From Nitrososphaerota archaeon (GTDB taxonomy: Archaea > Thermoproteota > EX4484-205 > JAAOZP01), in NCBI GenBank assembly GCA_011605725.1, contig JAAOZP010000004.1, positions 32,001-96,000 of the forward strand: 64,000 nt of DNA, written 5' to 3'. The notes beneath the pieces are model-generated. The model worked only from the letters and a program-made list of their open reading frames with translations, did not search any database and was not told the DNA's origin. Shown piece after piece: positions 51,032-61,068 of the stretch; positions within the stretch are counted from its first letter, which is position 1, and each line of letters opens with the position of its first letter. The position numbers were made by a program, and so were the translations under genes.

Positions 51032-52273
51032 ATGAGAAAAATCGTGGCAATACTGCTTATGACAATCACTCTCTTATCGACGAGCCCCATGCATACTGAA
51101 AGCGTTGAGGAATATAAACTGCATAGTAAAATACGTATCTATGATGATTCTATGTTTGATGCTGAGCACGGCGTAGTTAGAGGAAGTGGAACTAAAGACG
51201 ACCCTTATATCATAGAGGGCTGGAAAATAGATGCATCTAAAGGTGTTGGAATCTACATAAGGGACACTGAACCCTACTTCGTCATAAGGAATTGTCTGAT
51301 AGAAAACGGAAGCAGGGGTGAAATCCCCTTCGAGGGCATTGTCCTCGAGTGGGTGAGGAACGGGAGAATCGAGAACTGCATCTTTAGAAACAACAGGTAT
51401 GGAATAAGGGTTTATGAATCGTCAAACATTACGATAGTGAACTGCGCAGTGTACAATAGCAGCGGCTATATAGAAATGATGAAGATGGGGATTTCGGAGG
51501 GGGCGATCGAGGTTGATGTCTCGGAAAACGTGACCATAATTGGGTGCAAATTGCACAGGAACTATGGCGACGGCGTCTTCCTCGCCTTTACGAATCATAG
51601 CGTCGTAAGGGACTGCGAGGCATGTGGGAACCTCGTCGGAGGGGTTTCAATATGGTGGTCAAGCGATAACCTTGTGACGAATTGCACGGTATGCAACAAC
51701 ACGAGGGGCATTTATCTAGTCAAGGCGTCAAACAACACGGTGAGGGGTTGCAAGGCTTATGGCAACGGTCATGGGTTAAGCATCCTAGCATCGTCAGGTA
51801 ACGTGATAACGGGTTGCACGGTTAGTGGAAATTACAGGGGGATTTACATAGACCCGTTTGCGACTAACCTGGTTTACAATAACTTCTTCAACAACACTGG
51901 GAAATTCTTATTTAGGAATGAAACCCTTTCAGCGAAGAATTGGGAGATTCAGGGGGGCTACAACTTTTCCACGTGTAAATGGAACACTTCCAAGGTTAGG
52001 GGAAGGAGCATAGCTGGTGGACAATACATCGGTGGAAACTATTGGGACGATTACAATGGGGCGGATGAGGACAAGGATGGGATAGGAGACACCAATATTC
52101 CGTATGGGCCTGGGGATTATTTACCCCTGGTTAGGGTCGAGGTAGCGGAGGAGAAGCCATCGACATGGTTACAAGCTTGGATGATTGCGCGCTTTATTCC
52201 AATTATCGTAATGGTCATGGTTGTCGCATACCTCTTGATTAAGCGTAGGAGGCAGGCGGTTAAAAGTGGTTGA
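51032..52273 (+). CDS. NosD/CASH right-handed beta-helix surface protein with C-terminal TM
   Basis: GSGTKDDPYIIEGW, NN.I.NC repeats, GGNYWDDY...DGIGD. Confidence 0.85.
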   Translation: MRKIVAILLMTITLLSTSPMHTESVEEYKLHSKIRIYDDSMFDAEHGVVRGSGTKDDPYIIEGWKIDASKGVGIYIRDTEPYFVIRNCLIENGSRGEIPFEGIVLEWVRNGRIENCIFRNNRYGIRVYESSNITIVNCAVYNSSGYIEMMKMGISEGAIEVDVSENVTIIGCKLHRNYGDGVFLAFTNHSVVRDCEACGNLVGGVSIWWSSDNLVTNCTVCNNTRGIYLVKASNNTVRGCKAYGNGHGLSILASSGNVITGCTVSGNYRGIYIDPFATNLVYNNFFNNTGKFLFRNETLSAKNWEIQGGYNFSTCKWNTSKVRGRSIAGGQYIGGNYWDDYNGADEDKDGIGDTNIPYGPGDYLPLVRVEVAEEKPSTWLQAWMIARFIPIIVMVMVVAYLLIKRRRQAVKSG

Positions 52274-53789
52274 TATGAGAAGGCTGCTATTGATCATCAT
52301 GCTTACCCTAAGCCTTACCCTATTCGTTAACGCGGAGCCCCAGGGGAGAAAAGGGCATGCACCCATATGCATAAATGGCGACAGGGACTTCGAGAGATGG
52401 GGAATAGCTGGAAAGGGGAGCGGGGATGAACCATACGTGGTCGAGAACATTGAAATAAGAAGCTTGACGATGAACGGAATAGAGGTCTGGAATACTAAAT
52501 CCCACCTCGTCATAAGGAACGTCTTCATAGAGGGGAATGGAAGCTTTACCGGCATCTACCTTTACAATGTGGAGAATGTGAGGATAGAGAACTGCGAGCT
52601 TAAGGGCAACGCGTTCGGAATCCTGGTTCAAAACTCTTCGAACACAGTTATAATGGGCTGTAAGGTTGGTAACGGATCGATTGGGATCTTCGTCAACTCC
52701 TCCTCTAATATAGCGATAATCGGCTCTGAAGCGCTTAACAGCAGCGTCGGAATATACGTTAAGCTTTCCTTGAACTGCACAGCAGCCAATTGCACTCTAT
52801 CTAAAAACAAAAATGGAATTATGCTCGACTCATCCTCCTCAAACATGGTTTACAATTGCACAGTGGTTGAGAACGATTTGGGCATCATGCTCCTCTCCTC
52901 CACGAACAACACTATCTACAATAACCGCTTTAACAACGAAATCGACTGGCATGTTGCTGGAAACTCGACTGGAAACAGGTGGAACGTCTCAAAAACTAGT
53001 GGAAGGAACATCATCGGAGGACCGTTTATCGGCGGAAACCAGTGGAACAGTTACAAGGGCGTTGACAAGGATAAGGATGGAATCGGAGACACTGATGTTC
53101 CATACGGCCCCGGAGACTATCTTCCATTGGTGAAGTATAAGAATTCACCGCCAAAAGCGGATTTCTTCCATTATCCCTCTAAGGTAAAGTGCATGGGTGA
53201 GGTCATTTTCCTGGATAATTCAACGGATCCGGATGGCGAGGTGGTGAGCTGGATGTGGGATTTCGGAGACGGTGGAAACGCCACCGGCATGAGCGTTAGG
53301 CATGTGTTCAGGAAGAAAGGCAACTACACGGTTAGGCTGAGGGTTATGGATGACGGAGGGCTTGAGGCGAACTGTGAGAAAGTCATTGTCGTGTACAACT
53401 CGCCGCCCAAAGCAGGCTTCACATACTCGCCGATCGAGCCGAGGGTTAATGAAACAATCATTTTCACGAGCAACTCAACCGATGTTGACGGGAGGATTGT
53501 GAGCTGGGAATGGGAATTCGGAGACGGAGCCAAAGATGCTGGTGAAAACGTGACTCATGCGTATAGGAGGGAGGGAAACTACACGATAATCCTTCTGGTT
53601 AGGGACGATGAGGGGGATACGGATTGGTGCTTCGCAACGATAAGCGTTAAGCCGGCTTTAAGAACTGAGGGAAGAGGTGCAGAATACTTTCCGTGGATCC
53701 CAGTTGCCATGGTCACTATAGCGATTATAGCGACGTCTACGTACGTTGTGCTTAGGAAGCGTTTGATGCAAAGACGAGAGCGAGCTTAA
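52266..53789 (+). CDS. Beta-helix (NosD) + 2 PKD domain surface protein with C-terminal TM
   Basis: Paralog of the upstream gene; WDFGDG and WEFGDG PKD motifs. Confidence 0.88.
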   Translation: MVDMRRLLLIIMLTLSLTLFVNAEPQGRKGHAPICINGDRDFERWGIAGKGSGDEPYVVENIEIRSLTMNGIEVWNTKSHLVIRNVFIEGNGSFTGIYLYNVENVRIENCELKGNAFGILVQNSSNTVIMGCKVGNGSIGIFVNSSSNIAIIGSEALNSSVGIYVKLSLNCTAANCTLSKNKNGIMLDSSSSNMVYNCTVVENDLGIMLLSSTNNTIYNNRFNNEIDWHVAGNSTGNRWNVSKTSGRNIIGGPFIGGNQWNSYKGVDKDKDGIGDTDVPYGPGDYLPLVKYKNSPPKADFFHYPSKVKCMGEVIFLDNSTDPDGEVVSWMWDFGDGGNATGMSVRHVFRKKGNYTVRLRVMDDGGLEANCEKVIVVYNSPPKAGFTYSPIEPRVNETIIFTSNSTDVDGRIVSWEWEFGDGAKDAGENVTHAYRREGNYTIILLVRDDEGDTDWCFATISVKPALRTEGRGAEYFPWIPVAMVTIAIIATSTYVVLRKRLMQRRERA

Positions 53790-53917
53790 GAAGCTGAGGG
53801 AAGAAGCACACAACTCCTAGAGAATAGTGGGAGAAGAAGAGCTTGAAAAATACCTTAGGGAAGATGGCAATTCGTAACATCCTGCCTTCGCAGAGAATAC
53901 TGATGAGGAAAACATAA
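53788..53917 (+). pseudogene. Probable C-terminal relic of an archaeal tyrosine integrase
   Basis: Across two frameshifts it reads RIVGEEELEKYLRE(G)WQFV.ILPSQRILMRKT*, a tail I recall from archaeal integrases. No catalytic domain remains. Confidence 0.45.
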
Positions 53918-54058
53918 TGCTAAGTTTATGCATTTGAAACGTTTCTAACTGGAGAGTACACTCCATACTGTTGATGAAATATTTTTATGCTTAGACCTCT
54001 TGCTTAAAACCCGTGGCGAAGTGCGCCTACCGCGGGGAGAAGATAAGGGAGATTGAGG

Positions 54059-54070
54059 AGCGCGCGCGCT
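54059..54070. repeat. Palindrome AGCGCGCGCGCT at the right island boundary
   Basis: 41 bp before the lig stop codon, where housekeeping genes resume. Confidence 0.85.
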
Positions 54071-54111
54071 GATTTGCTCGCTCTATTTGCTCGTCAGAGC
54101 TTTTTCGGAAG

Positions 54112-55893
54112 CTAAGGTTTTTCGCCCGCAGGCTCCTCCTCAATCTTCTTCAACTGGCTCCTATACATCTCCAGAATCTCCTTCACCGTTGTCGCCTGCT
54201 CCGGAGCCTTATCGTCCCTAAGCCTACCTGTGTACTTGGGGAAGCGTCCCGCTAAGCCAGAACCAGCTCTTACCGCGTTTAACCCGCAGGTGTGCACGGG
54301 GCTCAGGGTTATTTCTGACGCTATTATCTCGATGACTATTCGTGGTTCAAACCATACGTCCGCCTCTATTTTCGAATCAACCCTGGGATGTTTATGGCTG
54401 ATCTTGTAGTTGTTCATCAACTCTGTGAAAGTAGCTAAATCCTCGTCGGTGAAGCCTGTTCCACATTTAGCAAACGTTCTGAAAACGTCTTCATCAGGAT
54501 CGTATGCAGCCAAGAGGTATGCTCCATACTTGCCTGCACGCTTGCCCCTGCCATGGAAACCGCCGACTATAACGAGGTCGAAGGTGTCGGCGACTTCAGC
54601 CTTATACTCTCTCTTCAGCTTTATCCAGCTCCATTCTCTAGCGCCAGCCCTGTATGGTGCTTTCAGGTCTTTCAACACGAGGCCCTCGCAGCCTTCTGAG
54701 ATCGCCTCCTCCATGAAGACCTCTATCTGGCTGGGGTCTCTCGATATTATCTGTTTGACGAGCTTAACCCTCTCGTCTTCTATGATAACGTTCTTTAAAG
54801 CCTCCCTTCTCTCCAAATACGGTTTCTCAGTGTAGTCGACGCCGTCGGCGTAGAGTAGGTCGAAGAAGAAGAGTGCAACAGGATACTCTTTCATAGCCTC
54901 TTCGATACCATACTTCCGCCTCCTGTGCATAAGCTCTTGGAACGGCAGCAGCTCGCTGGTGTCAGGGTTTATTGCTACGCATTCCGCCTCCAGGACAGCC
55001 TCCCTAGCCTTAACGTTCCTCCTCACCATTTCTATCGCGTCAGGGTAGTGGCTCGTAATATTTTCAAGCCTCCTGGAGAAGAGCAGAACACTATCATCGT
55101 TCTTGTGTATTTGCACACGCTCCCCGTCCAGCTTGTACTCAGCAGCAGCCTCTCCACCTATTTTCTCCAGCACCTCCTGCACTGTTGTCAAGCGTTCTGC
55201 AAGCATCGGCCTGATCGGTTTGCCCACGGTTATCTTGAAGTCGCGAACACCGTCAAGCCCCTTCTCGGCTATAGCCCTCGCCACAGCCCCGAGGTCGCTG
55301 GAAATGTTGTACGCACGCTCTATGATGGGCCTGTTCGACTTGTCCCCGGTGAATGCTTGCGCAATAGCGTCGAGAATAGTGTAGTCTGCTATACCGAGCC
55401 TAAGCCTCCCGGTGACGATCCTGACAGCATACTTCGCCTCCCTAGGAGACATGTCTATCAGGAGGGAGGATAGCAGGCTTGTCTTCTGCGTCACAGAACC
55501 CTTTCCCCCCAGCCTGGCAAGCCTGTAAAGCTTCTCGTAAACATCAGTCAGCGTCGGCTCCTTGCTTAAGAGCTTCTTCTGAACCTTTCTTTGCGCAAGG
55601 ATTTCGGCGGCGCTGCCTAGGTCGCCAGCCTCCTTGTAGAGTTTTTCAACAGTCTCATCATCTATTCCCGAGAATTCTGACAGGGATCTTAAAACAAGCT
55701 TCTCGGCGACGCCGAATTCTAAGCCCTCGTAGTCAGGCCTAACCTTGCCCTGGAGCAAGTATACGAGCTTCTCAAGCTCGGCTGGACTAGCTTTCTTGAA
55801 AAGGTCTACTAGAAGGCTTGTCATCTCAAGCCTCTTCGTCGTCGACTCCACCTGCTCCATCGCTTCTGCAACTTCCTTGAAAAGCATAACCAT
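54112..55893 (-). CDS. lig: ATP-dependent DNA ligase
   Basis: EYKLDGERVQIH, EGLVLK, WIKLKREY, DLVIVG, RFP. Confidence 0.97.
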   Translation of the reverse strand: MVMLFKEVAEAMEQVESTTKRLEMTSLLVDLFKKASPAELEKLVYLLQGKVRPDYEGLEFGVAEKLVLRSLSEFSGIDDETVEKLYKEAGDLGSAAEILAQRKVQKKLLSKEPTLTDVYEKLYRLARLGGKGSVTQKTSLLSSLLIDMSPREAKYAVRIVTGRLRLGIADYTILDAIAQAFTGDKSNRPIIERAYNISSDLGAVARAIAEKGLDGVRDFKITVGKPIRPMLAERLTTVQEVLEKIGGEAAAEYKLDGERVQIHKNDDSVLLFSRRLENITSHYPDAIEMVRRNVKAREAVLEAECVAINPDTSELLPFQELMHRRRKYGIEEAMKEYPVALFFFDLLYADGVDYTEKPYLERREALKNVIIEDERVKLVKQIISRDPSQIEVFMEEAISEGCEGLVLKDLKAPYRAGAREWSWIKLKREYKAEVADTFDLVIVGGFHGRGKRAGKYGAYLLAAYDPDEDVFRTFAKCGTGFTDEDLATFTELMNNYKISHKHPRVDSKIEADVWFEPRIVIEIIASEITLSPVHTCGLNAVRAGSGLAGRFPKYTGRLRDDKAPEQATTVKEILEMYRSQLKKIEEEPAGEKP

Positions 55894-55934
55894 AGTATTG
55901 AAGCATCGCGGGATGGTAAAAATGTTTCTGTCCT

Positions 55935-56402
55935 TTAAAACGAGCCGGGCGGGAACCCTGCTTTAAGGAAGGTTTCTAAAAGTTTCTTGAAGTCAACCGG
56001 GTCTCCCTCTCCAACCCCGGGACACTGCTCGTCGAATATGAAAACATACTGCTTCGAGCCGTGCCTAACAATCTCCACGTCCACGGGAAGGCTTAGAACA
56101 CTCTGAATCGTCTTCTTCTCAACCGGGTAGAAAGGGTAAAGCCTGCATAAAACAGGCTTATACTCATGGATCGTGCACAGACCGTTCCTGAGGAATGGGC
56201 AGAAACCGTTTTCACCAACAAGAATCAGCTTACCCTCTGGAGCGACGTATGGCTTGAAAGACGGGATGATTCTTCTAATCCTCTCCACGTCTTCCTCGGA
56301 AACCTCGGGATTTAGACCGCAGCATTTCTCTCCGCAAAGCCTACACTTGAAAAGCATGTTTCTCCAAGCTATTGGAAGCCTTGGGAGAGCTTCTCCAACC
56401 AT
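55935..56402 (-). CDS. YkgJ/CxxCxxCC cysteine-cluster protein
   Basis: FKCRLCGEKCC, CPFL, CTIHEYKPVLCRLYPF, CPGVG. Confidence 0.85.
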   Translation of the reverse strand: MVGEALPRLPIAWRNMLFKCRLCGEKCCGLNPEVSEEDVERIRRIIPSFKPYVAPEGKLILVGENGFCPFLRNGLCTIHEYKPVLCRLYPFYPVEKKTIQSVLSLPVDVEIVRHGSKQYVFIFDEQCPGVGEGDPVDFKKLLETFLKAGFPPGSF

Positions 56403-56457
56403 TTCAACCGATACTTGCAGGAACCTTTTTAAAACCTTATTCTTCAATCCAGGAGGC

Positions 56458-57039
56458 TTGACGCGGAATACTGCTAAAGCAATCTCCTACTTGTTGTCCA
56501 ACCCTGTCGTAGGGGGGCTTGGAGGACTCGTAATTATGCTTAAGGAGGAGGCTTTCTTAAACAACCCTATTTTAAACATTCTAGCTGTGTTTTTCTTCTA
56601 CAGTATTGTTCCCTTCGCAAGCGTCTACTATCTTAGGCTGCGCGGCAGGTCAGATGTTTTTATGAGTGAAAGAAGCAGGAGGCCGAAACACTTTATTCCA
56701 GGCCTATTGGGCTACATGGTTTCAATCCTAGTCTTCCAAGCATGCGGAATGAGGCTGATGAGGACTGCCTCGGCCTCATTCCTTTTAACATCGCTGATCC
56801 TCCTACTCTTAACATTCGTGACGAAGGTGAGTATTCACGTCGCAGGCTTGACGGCAACAGTAGTCCTAATTCTTCACGCTTATTGGCCAGCCGGATCAAT
56901 ACTGCTACTCCTAATACCTGTCTTAGCATGGGCACGCGTAAACACTGGTGAACACACGTACCGGCAGACGATGCTTGGCGCCTTCACTGGTTTAACCGGA
57001 AGTGTGCTAGGCATACTGTTCTTCCCAACCGTGTCTTAA
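56458..57039 (+). CDS. PAP2-like membrane protein
   Basis: AGGAGG before TTG; KVSIHVAG, WARV...HTYRQ. Confidence 0.7.
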   Translation: MTRNTAKAISYLLSNPVVGGLGGLVIMLKEEAFLNNPILNILAVFFFYSIVPFASVYYLRLRGRSDVFMSERSRRPKHFIPGLLGYMVSILVFQACGMRLMRTASASFLLTSLILLLLTFVTKVSIHVAGLTATVVLILHAYWPAGSILLLLIPVLAWARVNTGEHTYRQTMLGAFTGLTGSVLGILFFPTVS

Positions 57040-57043
57040 ACAC

Positions 57044-57787
57044 TCACCGGTACGCAGCCAAACTACCGAGTTTCGGAAAGACCTTCAACCCTTCTCCCTG
57101 AGCGAGAAGTATCGGCGTGAAAGACATCACGTCGACTCTTCTCAGAATCGGGGAGAGAAGGCTGTTCGCGTCAATTTCGTTAACCGCCATCCCCATTGTC
57201 AACGGGTTCATCGAGGGCAATACGATTATTTTTACCCACTGTTGCTCGCCGTATAGGAAGCTTTTGAACCTGTGTTTAACCCCTATTGAGTCCCTTATTG
57301 AGACAGCGGGGTGTTCATGACCCATGAGCACGACGGCTCCGTCTTCCGGCAGCTCGTGCTCCCTATCACCATGTATGAGGAAGTATTTACCAAGCCTTAG
57401 AGGCGGGTCTTGAAACTCCACGTTCAACCGCTTTAGAACAATCCTGACGAAATTGTCATGGTTTCCCCTGACTAGCAGCGGCTCTGCGCCAAGACTGCGG
57501 ACATCGTTAACAAAATCCTGGACCTGCGTCCACTCCTCAGGATTTATGTCTCCAAACTCGTTCTTTATATCCCCTAGTATTATGAGCTTTCGGGCAGACC
57601 TGTAGTTAAACATGTTTCTCAGAGACTTGATTATCGGGGCATAGGTTGGAAAGGGAATATGTACCCCTTTCTCCTCTAGCTCCCATTCTAGACCTAGGTG
57701 AATATCAGCTACGACGATAGCGTCCAAGGATTTCACGTACAGTGCGGGTTCGAACTCAACTATTTCAACATCTTCAGTTAACAGCAT
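57044..57787 (-). CDS. Metallophosphoesterase (Lhr-associated)
   Basis: ADIHLG, LGD, GNHD, HGD, GHEHP. Confidence 0.9.
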   Translation of the reverse strand: MLLTEDVEIVEFEPALYVKSLDAIVVADIHLGLEWELEEKGVHIPFPTYAPIIKSLRNMFNYRSARKLIILGDIKNEFGDINPEEWTQVQDFVNDVRSLGAEPLLVRGNHDNFVRIVLKRLNVEFQDPPLRLGKYFLIHGDREHELPEDGAVVLMGHEHPAVSIRDSIGVKHRFKSFLYGEQQWVKIIVLPSMNPLTMGMAVNEIDANSLLSPILRRVDVMSFTPILLAQGEGLKVFPKLGSLAAYR

Positions 57788-60419
57788 GTATCGCCGCCAG
57801 AACCTCCTTGTGAAGCCTTTCGAGAAGAGTCCTCTTATCCTCCATGAGCACAACGTCTGAGAAGCTTGAAACAAGCAGGGAATGGGAAAGGGGTGAAGCA
57901 ACCCTGCTGGGCCTGCAGACCAATGGGCTCCTCACGCCTTTTTCAAGCTCAGATACGAATCTAATCGCATTCTTAATATCCATCACGTCTTCAAGGATCT
58001 CCCTGTATGTTTCCCTCATAACTGGGAAATCCTTCAAATCTTTCACGGCTTTAAGAATATGCTCAGAGTTCAACTGGAGTTTAGAGACAACCACTTCATG
58101 ACCCTTATAGTTCCTGAGGATCATGAAGCTCCTGACAGCAACATGTCTAAACCTATGTTTCAACATGTCTGTCTTTTCAATCGACGAAACCACGAGTTCA
58201 CGAAGATTTGAAGAGCTTATTGATTTAACAACCCTTTCCGGGTCAATCCTGTATTTAGGTGGGAGTATCAGCAGGAAACCATTATCGCTCACCGCGATCT
58301 GTATTGAAACGGATCCCAATAGGCTTGACGCTGCTACTGCGAATGCTCTTGAAAGAACATCGTTAACCCTTCTCCCGACTAGGCTGTGGAAAACAACGAT
58401 CTGTCTATCTGATTCATCAACATAGTTCTCAACTATTAAAGAGCCCCTCCTAATATACGGGAGTATACCTATGTTGTTAAAATATTCAGCAGTTATCCTG
58501 AGATAGTCGTAGAGGGCGACGGCTGTCTTCCTATCTATCTTGAAATAATCCATGTATTGTTTAACCCGGTCCTCCTTCCTGTCGAACAGAATCGTCTGAA
58601 GCTCCCTTATCCTGAACTCGTCTATCATGCTGGCCAAGTCATAGGAGAGTGGAAGCATTTCGGAGAACCATTGAGGCACAGTCGGCCTCTCACCCTCAGC
58701 AGGCTCCACAATAAGCTTCATTAAACGGCTTTTCAAACACCTGTATGGCCTGCCCCCGAGTAGAAAGATATCGCCTGGGGAAAGCCTTTCGAAAAACTCC
58801 TCCTCAATGTTTCCAACAGGCTTGTTGTCTCTAGTGAAAACCTTGACCATCGCCATGTCTGGTATTGTGCCAGTGTTAGTCATGTAGATCACTCTAGCAA
58901 GATTACCTCTTCTTCCAAAAACTCCCGCAGCCTCGTCAAGCCAAATCTTCCCGTAAACCTTGTAGCCCTCAAGCTGCCTGTAATACCCGCTTAAATATCT
59001 TAGAACACTTACGAAGTCCTCCATCGTCAGGTTTCTAAAATTGTATGACCTCTTAACAAGACTATAGGCTTCCTCGATTTTCCATTTTCTTTCAACAGCC
59101 ATGCCTACGATATGCTGGGCCAAAACGTCAAGAGGGTTCTCTGGAATATAGGCTTCGTCAAGTCTTCCTGCTTCAGCAGCCTTAGACATCACGAGAACCT
59201 CCAGAAGATCATCTCTCTCCATCGGTATGAAGACTCCTTTTGAAACAGCCTCAAGAGAATGGCCTGAACGCCCTACTCTTTGAATAGCCCGGGTTACAGA
59301 CTTTGGGGAGCCTATTTGAACAACACAGTCTATGAAGCCGATGTCTATCCCTAGTTCAAGAGAGGTGCTTGTGACAACAGCTTTAAGCCTTCCCTTCTTC
59401 AACTTTTCTTCAACATCCAGCCTAACTTCGCGCGAGAGAGAGGAATGGTGGGCAGCATACTCGTCCTCGCTTAACACGCTTTTAGGCCTGAGCCTCTTAA
59501 GATGGTATACAACCCTCTCAGTGCTGCTCCGCGTGTTCGTGAAGATGAGGGTAGTCCTGTTACGCCTTATGATTTCATTTATCAGCCTGTACATTCTTCT
59601 GCTGAGCTCTTCAGCAGGCGTGTGCACGAGGTCGTGGTGTGGCGATACGACTTTAAGCTCAAACCTCTTTGAAGCATGAACATCCACTATGGTGCAGGGC
59701 CGCGGCGAGGAATCTTCATACCCGGCGAGGTAGGCAGCAATCTTCTCTAACGGGTGGATGGTTGCAGACAGGCCTATTCTCTGGAAATCTTGCCCGGAAA
59801 AGCTTCTCAGCCTTTCAAGGCTTAGTGAGAGATGGGCACCCCTTTTAGAGCTGCAGAGCTCATGAATCTCATCCACCACAACCCATCTGACACCTTTGAG
59901 AAGGGATCTGAATTTCGGCGCCACGAGAATTATGGATAAGCTTTCAGGAGTCGTTATTAGTATGTGGGGAGGCTTCTTAAGCATCCTTCCTCTTTCAGAA
60001 GTTTTAGTGTCTCCCGTCCTAACGTGAATCCTTATCTCTGGAAGCGAAACCCCTTTCTCTTCAGCAAGCCTCCTTAGCTCTTCCAAAGGCTGTGAAAGAT
60101 TCTTTCTCACGTCGTTGTTTAAAGATCGGAGGGGGGAAACATAAACGCAGTAAACCCTGTCTTCAAGCCTACCTTCAAAACCCATTTTAATCAAATCATC
60201 CAGGATTGTTAGGAAGCATGCGAGCGTCTTACCGCTTCCGGTTGGCGCAGAGATCAGCGTGTTCTCACCTCTCCTGATAGGCATTATCCCGTAGGACTGT
60301 GGCGGGGTCAATCCCTTGAACCTGCTTCTGAACCATTCTCCAACTATAGGGTGAAGTATCTTAACAACATCCTCGAGCGAACTCTTAACATTGTAGAACC
60401 TGTAGGACTCCCCTGACAT
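57774..60419 (-). CDS. lhr: Lhr-family ATP-dependent helicase
   Basis: APTGSGKT, TTPESL, VDEIH, LSAT, HHSSL, SLELGIDIG, QRVGRSGH. Confidence 0.93.
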   Translation of the reverse strand: MSGESYRFYNVKSSLEDVVKILHPIVGEWFRSRFKGLTPPQSYGIMPIRRGENTLISAPTGSGKTLACFLTILDDLIKMGFEGRLEDRVYCVYVSPLRSLNNDVRKNLSQPLEELRRLAEEKGVSLPEIRIHVRTGDTKTSERGRMLKKPPHILITTPESLSIILVAPKFRSLLKGVRWVVVDEIHELCSSKRGAHLSLSLERLRSFSGQDFQRIGLSATIHPLEKIAAYLAGYEDSSPRPCTIVDVHASKRFELKVVSPHHDLVHTPAEELSRRMYRLINEIIRRNRTTLIFTNTRSSTERVVYHLKRLRPKSVLSEDEYAAHHSSLSREVRLDVEEKLKKGRLKAVVTSTSLELGIDIGFIDCVVQIGSPKSVTRAIQRVGRSGHSLEAVSKGVFIPMERDDLLEVLVMSKAAEAGRLDEAYIPENPLDVLAQHIVGMAVERKWKIEEAYSLVKRSYNFRNLTMEDFVSVLRYLSGYYRQLEGYKVYGKIWLDEAAGVFGRRGNLARVIYMTNTGTIPDMAMVKVFTRDNKPVGNIEEEFFERLSPGDIFLLGGRPYRCLKSRLMKLIVEPAEGERPTVPQWFSEMLPLSYDLASMIDEFRIRELQTILFDRKEDRVKQYMDYFKIDRKTAVALYDYLRITAEYFNNIGILPYIRRGSLIVENYVDESDRQIVVFHSLVGRRVNDVLSRAFAVAASSLLGSVSIQIAVSDNGFLLILPPKYRIDPERVVKSISSSNLRELVVSSIEKTDMLKHRFRHVAVRSFMILRNYKGHEVVVSKLQLNSEHILKAVKDLKDFPVMRETYREILEDVMDIKNAIRFVSELEKGVRSPLVCRPSRVASPLSHSLLVSSFSDVVLMEDKRTLLERLHKEVLAAIHAVN

Positions 60420-60471
60420 TACTCAGGCTCCTTCGAAAGTTATGCTTAAGATAGTATTGATAAACCTTCCC

Positions 60472-61068
60472 CTACCTTCCTCTCCGCCGAGGCATCACTA
60501 TCAGGCCTTCATCAGGATCACCATAAGCCTCGTAATCACCCTCGTAAAACATTTTCGCCACGAGCGCGGCAGTAACAGCATCAAGCTCATGGTGGGTCTC
60601 AACTTTCTCAAGCCCCCTTATTTTAAGACGCGCCAATCCTTTTCGAAGCTTCTCAACACCGTGAGATTTACGAGGTATTTTAAGAATATCTTGAGCTCCA
60701 CCAGGATAAACCTCTATAACCTTGAAACCGGAAGAGTCGAGCATTTTCTTAAGCCGGATGCCTCTCTCCGTCAGCATTCGCATTGGTCCCAGTGTGACAG
60801 GGAAAAACTTTATGCCTCTTCTCAAAAGCTCCCTGTCGCAATTCCTAAGGTGAACACTACTCCTCACCTCCAGGCTGACTCTTCCCCTCGGCAGGGAGAG
60901 CGGAGCGTCAATCGCAACCACCGCGGGATTGAAGCGTGAAACCTCCATCATAATCTCCACGTCCGTATGTAGAATCATTGTTTCAACGCTTAGGAACTCG
61001 TTTAGAACCGCGAAACCACTGGGCCTGGTCTCCACCCCGGCTAGATCTATACCTGTGAAAAACATCAT
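60472..61068 (-). CDS. DUF429 RNase H-like nuclease
   Basis: GIDLAG, AIDAPL, IEVYP, HELDAV. Confidence 0.85.
   Translation of the reverse strand: MMFFTGIDLAGVETRPSGFAVLNEFLSVETMILHTDVEIMMEVSRFNPAVVAIDAPLSLPRGRVSLEVRSSVHLRNCDRELLRRGIKFFPVTLGPMRMLTERGIRLKKMLDSSGFKVIEVYPGGAQDILKIPRKSHGVEKLRKGLARLKIRGLEKVETHHELDAVTAALVAKMFYEGDYEAYGDPDEGLIVMPRRRGR

Noticed and set aside
52186-52193. TGCGCGCT and similar short GC runs in coding regions (e.g. 59429, 61803)
   Set aside because: They lack the AG...CT flanks and any sign of a junction; likely chance.
1251-54070. Palindrome series as a CRISPR array or classical integron attC array
   Set aside because: The repeats are only 8-16 bp with spacing from tens of bp to many kb. 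There are no GTTRRRY/RYYYAAC boxes or long hairpins, gene orientation is mixed, and no cas or intI gene is present.
1251-54070. Palindromes as BssHII (GCGCGC) cloning or library ligation artefacts
   Set aside because: Many copies are mutated and no longer contain GCGCGC, and they share AG/CT flanks. Not fully excluded without reads.
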